Shown here piece by piece: positions 30,832-41,268 of a stretch of DNA of 64,000 nucleotides. Numbering within the stretch: the stretch's first letter is position 1; every line of letters starts with the position of its first letter. This stretch comes from an uncultured Actinomycetota bacterium. Its GTDB lineage: Bacteria > Actinomycetota > Actinomycetes > Propionibacteriales > Propionibacteriaceae. Where the stretch lies: contig CAWCOM010000010.1 in assembly GCA_963797165.1 (NCBI GenBank), positions 266,578-330,577 on the forward strand, given 5' to 3'. Below the pieces are notes generated by a model that worked only from the letters and a program-made list of their open reading frames with translations, was not told where the DNA came from and ran no database searches. A program made the translations under genes and the position numbers.

Positions 30832-32388
30832 ATGACGGAACTCGACACCAAGCCAAACGACCACAGCAGCCACCTCCACGCCGAGCAGGTGGGCTACAAA
30901 CAGACCCTCAGTCGCCGGCACGTCCAGATGATCGCCATCGGTGGCGCCATCGGCACCGGCCTGTTCCTGGGCTCCGCCTCCCGACTGCACAGTGTCGGGC
31001 CGGCGCTGTTGATCAGCTACGCCTTCGTCGGGGTGATTGCCTACTTCTTGATGCGAGCGCTCGGCGAGCTCGTCCTGCACCGTCCGACGTCGGGCGCGTT
31101 CGTCTCCTACATGCGTGAGTTCTACGGCGAGAAGGCCGCGTACGTCACCGGTTGGATGTACTGGTTGAACTGGGCGTTGACCGGGATCGCCGAGCTGTCC
31201 GCCGTCGGTCTGTACGTCCAGTACTGGATCCCGACCATGCCCACCTGGGCGACCGTCTTGATCGCCCTGGCTGTCGTGCTGGTGATCAACTTGTTGTCCG
31301 CCCGAGCCTTCGGTGAGTTCGAGTTCTGGGCCGCCATCGCCAAGGTCGGGGCGATCGTGGTCTTCCTCGTCGTCGGCGTGGTGGTCGTCGCGTTCGGCCT
31401 GATGGTCGGCGATCACAAGGCCGGGATCTCCAACCTGTGGAGCAATCCGGGAGGCTTCTGGCCCACCCAGGACCCCTACAACTGGTACGGACCGCTGCTG
31501 GTGATGTCCGGCGTCGTGTTCGCGTACGCGGCGATCGAGATGGTGGGTGTCGCGGCCGGTGAGATGGAGAACTCCGAGCGGGAGGTGCCGAAGGCCGTCA
31601 ACGCGGTGATCTTCCGGATCGGCGTCTTCTACTGCGGCTCGATCTTCCTGCTGGTCTGCATGCTGCCCACTTCCGACTACACGGCCGGCACGAGTCCGTT
31701 CGTCACCGTGTTCTCCCAGATGGGCTTGACCTGGATGGCCAGCGTGATCCAAGCCATCTTGATCGTCGCCGCCATGTCCAGCCTGAACTCGGGTCTCTAT
31801 TCCACCGGTCGCGTGCTGCGCAGTCTCGGCATGTCGAAGCAGGCGCCGGCGTTCACCCTGAAGATGAGCAGTCAGGGTGTGCCGTGGGCCGGCATCGTGA
31901 TGACATCGGTCGTCTTCGTCCTCGGTGCAGTGCTGAACTACCTTGAACCGGATGCGTTCGAGATCGCTCTGGAGGCTGCCGCCATCGGGGTCGTGTTCAC
32001 CTGGGGAACGATCTTCCTCAGCCAGCTGAGATTCCGATCTCTGGTGAATCGCGGTGTGATTCCGGCGAGCAAGTTCCCGGCCCCCGGCTATCCGTGGACC
32101 AGCTACGTCGGGCTCGGGTTCCTGGTCTTCGTCCTGGTCGGCATGTGCATCTCGGGCTGGCAGTCCTCGCCCTACTTCTGGCACAAGACGACGTTCATCG
32201 TTGTGGTGTTCGGCATCCCGATCATCGCGATCCTGCTCGTGATCGGCTGGTTCATCGTCAGGGCCAGGGTGATGGAGCACACCCACGGGCGGATCAAGGC
32301 GGTCTGGTCGAACGACGGGCCGACGTACGGCAGCGACGTGACGCCCGACGAGCTGGATGCGATCGCCGAAGGTGAGGAGGAGGCGTGA
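30832..32388 (+). CDS. ansP: APC-family amino acid permease (L-asparagine permease-like)
   Basis: RHVQMIAIGGAIGTGLFLG, HRPTSGAF, EFEFW, IEMVGVAAGE, SSLNSGLYSTGR; substrate inferred. Confidence 0.8.
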   Translation: MTELDTKPNDHSSHLHAEQVGYKQTLSRRHVQMIAIGGAIGTGLFLGSASRLHSVGPALLISYAFVGVIAYFLMRALGELVLHRPTSGAFVSYMREFYGEKAAYVTGWMYWLNWALTGIAELSAVGLYVQYWIPTMPTWATVLIALAVVLVINLLSARAFGEFEFWAAIAKVGAIVVFLVVGVVVVAFGLMVGDHKAGISNLWSNPGGFWPTQDPYNWYGPLLVMSGVVFAYAAIEMVGVAAGEMENSEREVPKAVNAVIFRIGVFYCGSIFLLVCMLPTSDYTAGTSPFVTVFSQMGLTWMASVIQAILIVAAMSSLNSGLYSTGRVLRSLGMSKQAPAFTLKMSSQGVPWAGIVMTSVVFVLGAVLNYLEPDAFEIALEAAAIGVVFTWGTIFLSQLRFRSLVNRGVIPASKFPAPGYPWTSYVGLGFLVFVLVGMCISGWQSSPYFWHKTTFIVVVFGIPIIAILLVIGWFIVRARVMEHTHGRIKAVWSNDGPTYGSDVTPDELDAIAEGEEEA

Positions 32389-33239
32389 TGAACGCTCGCC
32401 GTACCCGCACTGTGCTTGCGGCGGTATCTGCCGCCGTCGTCCTGCTCCTGTCCAGTTGTGGCTCGGGCAGCGCCGGGCCGAATCCGAGCCCGTCCGTGGT
32501 GCCGGGGGCAACCCCCGGCGGCCATCTCCGGATCGGCATCTCCTTCGACCAGCCCGGCCTCGGGATGAAGAACGGGGACAGCTACAGCGGGTTCGACGTC
32601 GACACCGCGACGTACGTCGCCAAGTCACTCGGCGTCCCGGCGGAGAACATCACCTGGATCCAGGCCGATCCCGGCAACCGGGAGAGCCTGCTGACCAGTG
32701 GCGCGGTCGACATGGTGCTCTCCACCTACTCGATCACCGACGAGCGGAAGAAGGTGGTCGACTTCGCCGGTCCCTACTTCGAGGCCCACCAGGATCTCCT
32801 GGTCCGGCGTAACGAGGACGAGATCACCGGACCGGAGACGCTCGGCGGCCGGGTGCTGTGCTCGGTCGCGGGAACGACGTCGGCCGCCCTGGTCAAGGAG
32901 CGCTACAAGGGCAGTATCGACCTCCGGGAGTACTCGAAGTTCTCCGACTGCGTTTCCGCCCTCGCCCGTAGCGAGGTCGATGCGGTGACGACCGACGACG
33001 TGATCCTTGCCGGGTTCGCCGCCGAGCCCGAGTACAAGGGCAAGCTGAAGGTGGTCGGGAAGGGCTTCTCCGACGAGTTGTACGGAGTCGGGGTGAAGAA
33101 GGGCGACACGGAGCTGGTCGAGAAGGTGAACACCGCGTTGAAGGCCTACATCGCCGACGGTTCGTGGAAGGCGTCACTCGACCAGACGGTTCGTCCGTCC
33201 GGCTACAAGATCCCGGATCCGCCGACTCCGGGCTCCTGA
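32388..33239 (+). CDS. Glutamate-type ABC substrate-binding lipoprotein (GluB-like), no cognate permease/ATPase in the window
   Basis: Lipobox LSSC, DQPGLG, GFDVD, YSITDERKK, DAVTTDDVIL, YGVGVKKG. Confidence 0.88.
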   Translation: MNARRTRTVLAAVSAAVVLLLSSCGSGSAGPNPSPSVVPGATPGGHLRIGISFDQPGLGMKNGDSYSGFDVDTATYVAKSLGVPAENITWIQADPGNRESLLTSGAVDMVLSTYSITDERKKVVDFAGPYFEAHQDLLVRRNEDEITGPETLGGRVLCSVAGTTSAALVKERYKGSIDLREYSKFSDCVSALARSEVDAVTTDDVILAGFAAEPEYKGKLKVVGKGFSDELYGVGVKKGDTELVEKVNTALKAYIADGSWKASLDQTVRPSGYKIPDPPTPGS

Positions 33240-33252
33240 TCGGCCGGTGATG

Positions 33253-35119
33253 ATGGCCGAGTCTGGATCCGAGTGCGCTCGCGGCGTTCCTGCAACGACA
33301 CCAGCCGTTCGCGACGCTCGACCCGACCGCGCTCGCCGCGATGGCGAACGCGGCTCGGGTCGAGCGGTACGCCGCCGGCGAGCTCATCCTCGACGCCTTT
33401 CTCGACCCCTCGGTCGAGACGTACGTGGTCGTCGAGGGTGAAATCGACCTCTGGGACGACCGGGATCGGATCTTGGAGGCGGCAGACGAGCGGTTGGGGC
33501 CGGGTGCGGTCTTCGGCTTCTCCGCCATGCTGACCGAGCGATCGGTCGGTCCCCGTGCGGTCGCGGTCGGTGAGGTGACGGTGGCAGCCATCCCGGCAGC
33601 CGTCGTCGAACCGGCGCTCACCTCGCCGGAGGGGGCCAGGTTCCTGGCCGAGCACCTCTCGGCCGCGCTCGGCCGCGCTACGAGCGCTCGGTCGTACAGT
33701 TTGGTCGACGAGCTGATCGTGACCGAACCGCTGGTGGTCCGGCCGACCGACTCGGCGTACGAGGTCGCTCGCCGGATGACCGAACACCACCTGTCCTGCG
33801 CGATGGTCGCGCTCGGCGCCGGCCGCTTCGGGGTCGTCACCGACGGACTGCTCCGGCAGCGACTGATCGTGCAACGGATGCCGGACAGCATCCCGGTTGC
33901 GGCGGTGATGGACTCCCCGGTGCCGACCGTCCGGCTCGGTGACTCGGCTGCCGAGGCGTTGATCCTGCTGCTCGAGCGGGAGCTGGAGTTCCTGCCGGTG
34001 CTCGACGCTGCCGGTGGCCTGCGTGGCGTCGTCGCGCCGCGGGACTTTGCCGTGTCGCCGACCACCGCGGGCGTGTCCCTGCACGAGCAGCTTCGCCGGG
34101 CCGCGACCGTCGACGAGCTGGGCAGCCGGGCCCGGCAGATCACCGGGATGCTGACCGACCTGCTGGCTCGCGGGCTCAGCTCGGACCGGGTGATCGCGAT
34201 CTACTCCGCGGTGCTGGACACCATCGTCCGGCGTGCCATCCAACTCGTCTTCGATCGGCATCCGGAGCTGTCGGTCGATGACTTCACCTGGCTCTCTCTC
34301 GGCAGCAACGGACGCCGCGAGGCGGTGCCGAGCTCGGACGTCGACAGCGCGGTGGCGTTCGTCGACCAGGTGTCGCCGTCGCTGATCCCCGGCTATCGGG
34401 ATGCATTCGCCGAAGTCCACTCCGTGCTGGCCGGTGCCGGCCTGAGCAGCGATCACAACGGAGCGACGGCGCCGCGGCCGGCGTTCTCCCGAACCAACGC
34501 CCAGTGGCGCGCAGCCGGCCTGGAGTGGATGGCCGCCCCGCACAAGAATCGCGGGGCGATCATGGCATCACTGCTGGTCGACGGTCGTGCGATCTACGGC
34601 GATCCCGGCCTGACGGCGGTGAGCAAGGTGTTCTCCGAGTTGCGACGCCATCGCGGAACGATGCGCTTGCTGCTGACCGAGTCGTTGTCTCGCCGGGCCA
34701 AGTTCCACTCGATGCTCGACGTGCTCACCCGGCGCGCCGAGACCTTCGACATCAAGACGTACGCCCTGCTGCCGATCGTCAACCTGGCCAGGTGGGCGGC
34801 GCTGAGCGCGGGGTCCGCCGACCTGCCGACGACGGAACGGCTGCGCGTGGCCGCGGGTTCGGAGATGCTGCCCACAGAGAATGCCCAGAACCTGATCGAG
34901 GCGTTCGACGTGCTGCAGCGGCTCCGGTTGCGCTACCAGCTGTTGCAGATCCAGCGCGCCGAGCCGCCTTCGGACCTGCTGACGCTCGACCGACTGTCGC
35001 CGATCGACCGTAGTGTCGTCACGCAGGCCGTTCGAGAGATCGCCGCAGCGCAGCGCCGGATGGACAACGTCGCCCAGTATGTCCCGATCGGCGCCTGGAC
35101 CTCGCCCGCCGGATCGTGA
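33253..35119 (+). CDS. cNMP-binding + CBS pair + DUF294/DUF294_C putative nucleotidyltransferase; frameshift or non-AUG start near 33262
   Basis: FLQRHQPFATL...VVVEGEIDL...GAVFG (cNMP); GVVTDGLLR and GVVAPRD (CBS); LGSNGRRE...SDVDSA (NTase signature); FDIK...LLPIVNLAR, LRLRYQL (DUF294_C). Confidence 0.85.
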
Positions 35120-36012
35120 GTGCGCCGGCGGTCCGACGGCTCGATCGTTCGGACGGATCTCGTCAGCGGGTGGCCGTCATCGGTGACGTCGGCGGTCATC
35201 TGGCCGAGTTGCGGCGCGAGCTCGTCCGACTCGGGGCCGACGAGCGGACCGGGGTGCTGCCCCCGGACCTGACGATCATCCAGGTCGGTGACCTGATCCA
35301 CCGCGGACCCGACTCGGCGGGTGTGATCGCAACCGTCGACCGCTATCTGCGCGAGCAGCCCGACCAGTGGCTGCAGCTCGTCGGCAACCACGAAGCCCAG
35401 TACCTGACCGAGCGTGCCTTTGCCTGGCCCGAGCAGCTCGACGAGGCATCGGCCGGAACGATCCGGCGGTGGTGGTCGGACCGGCAGATGTACGTCGCTG
35501 CCGCGCTGTCCCACGACACAGCCGACGCCGCTTCCGGTGCCGCCAGTGGTCGGCATTGGACACATGAGGACACCCTGGTCACTCACGCGGGGCTCACCGA
35601 GGGCTACTGGCGACGGGTGCTCGGCTCGCCGGACACCGCAGAGCGGACCGCCCAGGTGCTGAATGCCATGCGGGGACGGCGAGACGACCTGCTGTTCCGG
35701 TCGGGCCAGATGCTCGGCGGCGGCCGACCCAATCCAGCGGCCGGCCCGCTCTGGGCCGCTGCAGCGTCGGAGCTGCTACCCGGATGGCTGGAGGGCTGGC
35801 TGCCCTTCAGTCAAGTGCACGGCCACACCTCGCTCTATCGATGGAGCGAACAGCGGTTCTTCGGATCCCAGGAGCTCGAGCAGCGGACGATCGTCGACGT
35901 GGACGCGCGGCACGAGACGACCACGCTGATCGGCGGCCGGATCGTCGGCATCGACCCCGGGCACGACGCGGAACCGCGTGGACCGTGGCGGGCCTGGGAA
36001 CTGTCGAGCTGA
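35116..36012 (+). CDS. Calcineurin-like metallophosphoesterase
   Basis: VIGDVGGH, QVGDLIHRGPDS, LVGNHE, VTHAG, QVHGH; GTGA overlap with the upstream NTase stop. Confidence 0.88.
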   Translation: MSAPAVRRLDRSDGSRQRVAVIGDVGGHLAELRRELVRLGADERTGVLPPDLTIIQVGDLIHRGPDSAGVIATVDRYLREQPDQWLQLVGNHEAQYLTERAFAWPEQLDEASAGTIRRWWSDRQMYVAAALSHDTADAASGAASGRHWTHEDTLVTHAGLTEGYWRRVLGSPDTAERTAQVLNAMRGRRDDLLFRSGQMLGGGRPNPAAGPLWAAAASELLPGWLEGWLPFSQVHGHTSLYRWSEQRFFGSQELEQRTIVDVDARHETTTLIGGRIVGIDPGHDAEPRGPWRAWELSS

Positions 36013-36030
36013 GGCGTCGGTGGATTCGGA

Positions 36031-36849
36031 CTAACCGGCCGCCGGGTCCCGCAGGTAGCGGGTCAGGTGGTCGTGTCGCCATCGACGAAGCCGCCCCGCT
36101 CCCAAGAGGCCGATCCACCCGAAGAGCAAGGCGGAGCCACAGATCGTCAGCGCGACCAGGACGAACTCCGGCTGGCTCAGTGGCACGGCCGGTGCGCCGA
36201 AGCCCAGCCGGGCGAGCGCGAGTGATGGTCCCACGATCAGACCCGCGACGACCGGAACCACCACGAACGGAGCCATCAGCAGGATCAGCCAACGCACGAT
36301 CCGTCTCCAGTCGGCCCGATGGTCCCATCGCCAGCGCAGCGGCCGGAGGTGATAGGGCAGCAGCAGACCGAGCCACGCCGAGACGGGCAGGATCCCGAAC
36401 GGGAGGATGGCGATCACCACACACGCCGAGACGACCTTGACCAGCGGCTGCCCTTGGAAGCCGATGATCAAGGCGATGATGGCGCACGGTATGCCGACCA
36501 GCGAGGTCAGCACGATGCTCCGGGCGCCCAGCCAGATCCGGAAGGAACGCGGGTCGTCGAGAACCGCCAGGGCCGTGTCGGTGTCCAGACCGGCGACGTT
36601 GGTCGACGGCGTGTCGCCGAGCATCCACGACGCCATCACCACCGGGAACGCCAGCGGCCCGTGCAACGAGAACATCCAGTCGTGCACCCGCGGTGGTAGC
36701 AGGAACCAGGCGGCCGTCATCAGCGCCGCATTCGCGACCAGAGCCAACGGAATCTCGAACGGTGGCCGAAACGCCCGTCGGTACGCCAGGCCGACGGCCA
36801 GTGGTAGGTCGAAGGCCGGAGCGCCTCGCCGGGACGGCGGAGCGCTCAC
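36031..36849 (-). CDS. Hypothetical multi-pass membrane protein
   Basis: About six hydrophobic segments; the ORF-track extension to 37047 overlaps the VOC gene, so GTG 36849 is preferred. Confidence 0.7.
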   Translation of the reverse strand: MSAPPSRRGAPAFDLPLAVGLAYRRAFRPPFEIPLALVANAALMTAAWFLLPPRVHDWMFSLHGPLAFPVVMASWMLGDTPSTNVAGLDTDTALAVLDDPRSFRIWLGARSIVLTSLVGIPCAIIALIIGFQGQPLVKVVSACVVIAILPFGILPVSAWLGLLLPYHLRPLRWRWDHRADWRRIVRWLILLMAPFVVVPVVAGLIVGPSLALARLGFGAPAVPLSQPEFVLVALTICGSALLFGWIGLLGAGRLRRWRHDHLTRYLRDPAAG

Positions 36850-36956
36850 CGGGCGGTTCGATCCGGGGCTGAACTCGTCACCACCGACCTGCACCGCCCT
36901 CTCAGCCGTATCGAGGGCAATATACCGCTCGGCCGCCGAGCCGGTCGGGATCCAGC

Positions 36957-37388
36957 TCAGCCGGCGGCAGGAGCCCCCGCACCGGCGATGTTGACCAGCC
37001 AGCTGACGCCGAACTTGTCGGTGAGCTGGCCGAAGTAGTCGCCCCACGGCGCCTGCTCGAGCGGCATCCCGACCTGTCCGCCGTCAGCCAGACCGTCCCA
37101 GTAGCCCCGGATCTCGTCGGCCTCGCCGCCACTGATCGAGATGGTGATGTAGCTGACGTCGGGGACCTGACCCATGCTGGCAGGCAGGTCGGCACCCATC
37201 AGGGTGAAACCGGCCGTGGTGGTCAGCTGTGAGTGCATGACCTTGTCGGCCTCGTCGGCGTCGATTCCCGGCATCTGGAAGTCGCCGAACGTCGACACGT
37301 CGAGCTTCCCGCCGAACACGGATTGGTAGAACTCCATCGCCTCACGTGCATTGCCGCCGAAGTTGACGTACGGGTTGAGCAGAGCCAT
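36957..37388 (-). CDS. VOC/PhnB-family protein
   Basis: [50 protein letters not shown]. Confidence 0.93.
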   Translation of the reverse strand: MALLNPYVNFGGNAREAMEFYQSVFGGKLDVSTFGDFQMPGIDADEADKVMHSQLTTTAGFTLMGADLPASMGQVPDVSYITISISGGEADEIRGYWDGLADGGQVGMPLEQAPWGDYFGQLTDKFGVSWLVNIAGAGAPAAG

Positions 37389-37485
37389 GACGATCCTCCC
37401 GGTTGAGTGACTCCGGCCATTGTGTCCGGAGCTACTGACAGCCGGATAGACCTACGCCCGCCTCCGAACTCATCGCCCCCGGCCG

Positions 37486-37560
37486 CCTCCCCGAAAAGTG
37501 GTCGCTTACAACAACGACACGCCGGTGGAACGTGTTGTTGGTGACCACTTTTCGGGGAGG
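37486..37560. repeat. Extragenic palindrome, family A copy 2
   Basis: CCTCCCCGAAAAGTGGTCGC...CAACAAC...GTTGTTG GTGACCACTTTTCGGGGAGG immediately after the hutI stop. Confidence 0.75.
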
Positions 37561-38731
37561 TCAGCTCGGCAGCTCCAGCGCGCGGGCGATCGGGCACGCC
37601 CGGTCGGTAGCACAGGTGCAGGTACGAGGGCGCGTCCAGCACGGCGAAGTCGGCGCGGGCACCGACGGAGATCCGGCCGATGTCGCTGCGGCGCAGTGAG
37701 CGGGCGGAACCAGCGGTCGCCGCGTAGAGAGCCTCGGCCGGGGTCAGCCCCATCTCCCGGACCGCGACGGCGATCATGAACGGCATCGACGAGGAGTAGC
37801 AGGTACCCGGGTTGCAGTCCGTGGCGAGGGCGACCGAGACCCCGGCGTCGATCAGTCGGCGACCGTCGGGGTATGGCGAACGGGTGCTGAACTCGACGCC
37901 GGGCAGCAGGGTGGCCACGGTGTGGTCGGCCCCCGCCACCAGCGCGTCGATGTCGGCATCGGACAGATAGGTGCAGTGGTCGACGCTGGCGGCTCCGAGC
38001 TCGACTGCCAGCTGCACCCCTGGGCCCGGCCCGAGCTGGTTGCCGTGCACGCGTAGCTCCAGTCCCGCTGCACGACCGGCCGCCAGGACACGCCGAGCCT
38101 CGTCGGCGGTGAACGCGTACGGCGACGCCGGCTCGCAGAAGACATCGATCCAGCGGGCGTACGGTCTGGCGGCGGCCAGCATGTCACCGGTGACGAGATC
38201 GAGGTATCCCTCGCGGTCGTGCCGCCACTCCGGTGGAACCACATGCGCGCCGAGGAAGGTGGTCTCCTCGGTGAACTCGGCCGCGATCCTCAAGTCCCGG
38301 GTCTCCTCGGTCACGCTCAGCCCGTACCCGCTCTTGATCTCGACCGTCGTCGTGCCCTGGGCCCGGAGCTCCGCGATCCGGGACGCGAGCAGCGCACGCA
38401 ACGTCTGGTCGTCGGCCTGCCTGGTGGCTGTCACAGTGCCGGCGATGCCGCCGCCGTCGTAACGGATCCCGGTCATCCGGGCCGCGAACTCCGCCGAGCG
38501 ATCGCCGGCAAACACCAGGTGGCTGTGGGAGTCGACGAAACCCGGCAGCAACGACCGTCCGTCGAGATCGATCCTCCGGTCGGCGGCGGGCGCTGCAGCG
38601 GCCGGCCCGATCCAGCTGACCACGCCATCGTTGGTGACCACCGCCGCGTCGTGGCGACGACCGAGCCGGTCCGGCCCCGTTCCGTCGCAGGTGATCAGTT
38701 CACCGATGCCGGTGATCACGGTCGAGGTCAT
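37561..38731 (-). CDS. hutI: Imidazolonepropionase; +1 frameshift at about 37592-37594 near the C-terminus
   Basis: [47 protein letters not shown]. Removing one base gives [15 protein letters not shown]-stop at 37561. Confidence 0.9.
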
Positions 38732-40068
38732 CGTGGATCTCCCAACGCTGTCAGGGATTTCGTCAGTAGCGGAGCGATCGGGCCGAGCCGGTGCGCTCCG
38801 TCGCGGACGATCATGTCGCCGCCGACGACGACGGTCATGACGTCGGCCGCGCTGGCGGCGTAGATCGCCTGGTCGGCCCGACTGCCGGCAGTCCTGACCG
38901 AAGCCAGCTCGACCTCGACGAAATCGGCCAGGGCACCCACCGCGATCCGGCCGGCATCCGCTCGGCCGAGGCTGCGATGGCCGTCCTGCGTGGCAGCGGC
39001 GATCAGCTCGGTCGGAGTGAACCGGCCGCGCTCGTTGCTGATCAGTCGCTCGTGCATCTCCAGCCCGCGGATCTCGGCGAACATGTCGATCACCGCATGC
39101 TGGTCGGAGCCCAGCGTCAGCGGGCTGCCGGCGGCCGCCAAAGCTCTCGCCGGACCGATCCCGTCCGCGAGGTCGCGTTCGGTGGTCGGGCAGAAGCAGG
39201 CGTACGTCGCCCGCCGACCGAGCCGGGCGATGTCACCGGGTGTCAGGTGCGTCGCGTGTACGGCGCTGGTGCGGTCGGTCAGTAGGCCGTTGCGGTCCAG
39301 CAGCTCCGCCGGGGTGCAGCCGTAGAATCCTTGCACCGCGGCATTCTCGGCGGGTTGCTCGCTGAGATGGACGTGCAACGGTCCGTCCGGTGCAAGGCCG
39401 CCCTGACGCAGCTCCGCGAGCCGGGCGAGGTCTCCCTCGGAGACGGCGCGCACCGAGTGGACGGCCGAGCCAACGATCAGGTCGTCCGGGGCCGACCAAC
39501 CCGCGACTCGCTCGGCCCAGGCATCCACGGAGCCGTCATTGAACCGCTCCTGCACCGGGTCGAGCGGGAGGTGTCCAGCGGCGGTGAGACCGCCGCTGAG
39601 ATAGCACACGTCGAGCAGGGTGAGCCGAATACCCGCCTCGGCGGCGGCCGCTGCCAGCGCCGCGTTCATGGCGTTCGGGTCTGCGTATCGTCGGCCGGTG
39701 CGATCGTGATGCAGGTAGTGGAACTCACCGACTGCGGTCATCCCGGCGAGCACCATCTCGGCGTAGACGGCCCGGGCCAGTTCGAAGTAGCGATCCGGGT
39801 CGAGACGGTCGGCGATGGCGTACATCTGCTGTCGCCAGGTCCAGAACGTTCCCCCGTCACCATGGGTCCGTCCACGTAGCGCCCGGTGGAACGCATGGCT
39901 GTGTGCGTTGGCGAATCCGGGCAGGACCAGGCCCGAGAGCCGGGTGTCGGCCGGACCCGGAGCCTTGCCGATCTCGATTCTCGTGAAGCGGCCGTCGGCG
40001 ACGGTCAGCCGCACTCGCTCTGCCGGACCGCCCGGCAGGTGTGCGTACGGCGCCCAGAAGTCGATCAT
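38728..40068 (-). CDS. hutF: Formimidoylglutamate deiminase
   Basis: [48 protein letters not shown]. Confidence 0.92.
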   Translation of the reverse strand: MIDFWAPYAHLPGGPAERVRLTVADGRFTRIEIGKAPGPADTRLSGLVLPGFANAHSHAFHRALRGRTHGDGGTFWTWRQQMYAIADRLDPDRYFELARAVYAEMVLAGMTAVGEFHYLHHDRTGRRYADPNAMNAALAAAAAEAGIRLTLLDVCYLSGGLTAAGHLPLDPVQERFNDGSVDAWAERVAGWSAPDDLIVGSAVHSVRAVSEGDLARLAELRQGGLAPDGPLHVHLSEQPAENAAVQGFYGCTPAELLDRNGLLTDRTSAVHATHLTPGDIARLGRRATYACFCPTTERDLADGIGPARALAAAGSPLTLGSDQHAVIDMFAEIRGLEMHERLISNERGRFTPTELIAAATQDGHRSLGRADAGRIAVGALADFVEVELASVRTAGSRADQAIYAASAADVMTVVVGGDMIVRDGAHRLGPIAPLLTKSLTALGDPR

Positions 40069-41261
40069 GATGGTCCGGACAGCTCGCGGAGGACGGTGGC
40101 CAGCGCCTCGACCCCGCGCAGGCAGTCGTCTCGCTCCGCGAACTCGGCAGGGGAGTGTGAGACCCCGGTGGGGTTGCAAACGAACAGCATCGCAGCCGGA
40201 ATGCCAGCCCCGGAAAGGATCCCGGCGTCGTGGCCGGCTCCGGTGCCGAGCAGCGGTGCGTGGGGAAGGCTGCTCTGCAACCGGCTGATCAGGCCTTGAT
40301 CGAATCGGGTGACGGGTGTCCAAGACTCCTCGACTGCACCCGCTCCGTACGCACCCGCCGACGCGATGATCTCGGCAACCGTGTGGCGAACGGCGTCTTC
40401 GTCGGCGCCGCGAGCATCCAGCCAGGCGGTAGCCGCCGACGGGATGGCGTTCACCCCGCCGGGCACGAGCAGCGTCTTGCCGACGGTCGCCACACAGCCG
40501 TGGCTCGCCGCCGACGCGCGGGCGGTCAGGACGGTGGCCGCCAAACCGATCATCGCGTCGCGACGATCCTCCAGCCGAGTCGTGCCGGCATGGTTCGCCT
40601 CGCCCGGAAAGTCGATCCGCCAACGACCGTGCGGCCAGATGTCGGTGCCGATGGCGACCGGCTGCGCCATATCGACCAGACCACGGCCCTGCTCGATGTG
40701 CAGCTCGACAAAGGTGTCGATCCGTCCGAGGGCTTCCGGATCGGGTCCGATAACCTTCGGGTCACGGCCGGCGCTCCGCAGCGCGGTTGCCATCGAGATT
40801 CCATCGGCGTCGGTCAGCCCACGCGCCCTGTCCGCGGTCATCGTCCCGGTGATCACCCGTGATCCGGCACACGCGACACCGAACCGGGCGCCTTCCTCGT
40901 CACCGAAGTTGACGATGCCGATCGGGCGAGCCGGGACGAAGCCCTGTGCTCGCAGCCGATCCAGCGCAACGAAGGCGCTGACCACCCCGAGCGGTCCGTC
41001 GAAGGCACCGCCGTCCGGCACGCTGTCGAGGTGGGAGCCGGCGACGATTCCCGGGCGGATGTCCGGGTCGCCCCACCAGGCCCACTGGTTGCCCATCCGG
41101 TCGGTCGTCAGATCCAGCCCGCGCGCGGTTGCCTCGCCGGCGAACCACTCCCGCAGATCGTGATCTTCCCTGGTCAGGGCGTAGCGGCGGTAGCCGCCGG
41201 TCTGCGGCGACCTGCCGATGCCGGCTATCGCCGACCACATCGCATCGAACGAGCCGCTCAT
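40065..41261 (-). CDS. M20/allantoate-amidohydrolase-family Zn hydrolase (putative N-formylglutamate deformylase)
   Basis: [53 protein letters not shown]; ATGA-coupled to hutF. Confidence 0.85.
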   Translation of the reverse strand: MSGSFDAMWSAIAGIGRSPQTGGYRRYALTREDHDLREWFAGEATARGLDLTTDRMGNQWAWWGDPDIRPGIVAGSHLDSVPDGGAFDGPLGVVSAFVALDRLRAQGFVPARPIGIVNFGDEEGARFGVACAGSRVITGTMTADRARGLTDADGISMATALRSAGRDPKVIGPDPEALGRIDTFVELHIEQGRGLVDMAQPVAIGTDIWPHGRWRIDFPGEANHAGTTRLEDRRDAMIGLAATVLTARASAASHGCVATVGKTLLVPGGVNAIPSAATAWLDARGADEDAVRHTVAEIIASAGAYGAGAVEESWTPVTRFDQGLISRLQSSLPHAPLLGTGAGHDAGILSGAGIPAAMLFVCNPTGVSHSPAEFAERDDCLRGVEALATVLRELSGPS

Positions 41262-41268
41262 TCCGACA

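Noticed and set aside
36850-36950. Possible riboswitch in the leader of the 36031-36849 membrane protein
   Set aside because: Only short hairpins (GCCCTC/GAGGGC, GCTCGGC/GCCGAGC) are present; no SAM, TPP, cobalamin or other conserved core could be assembled.
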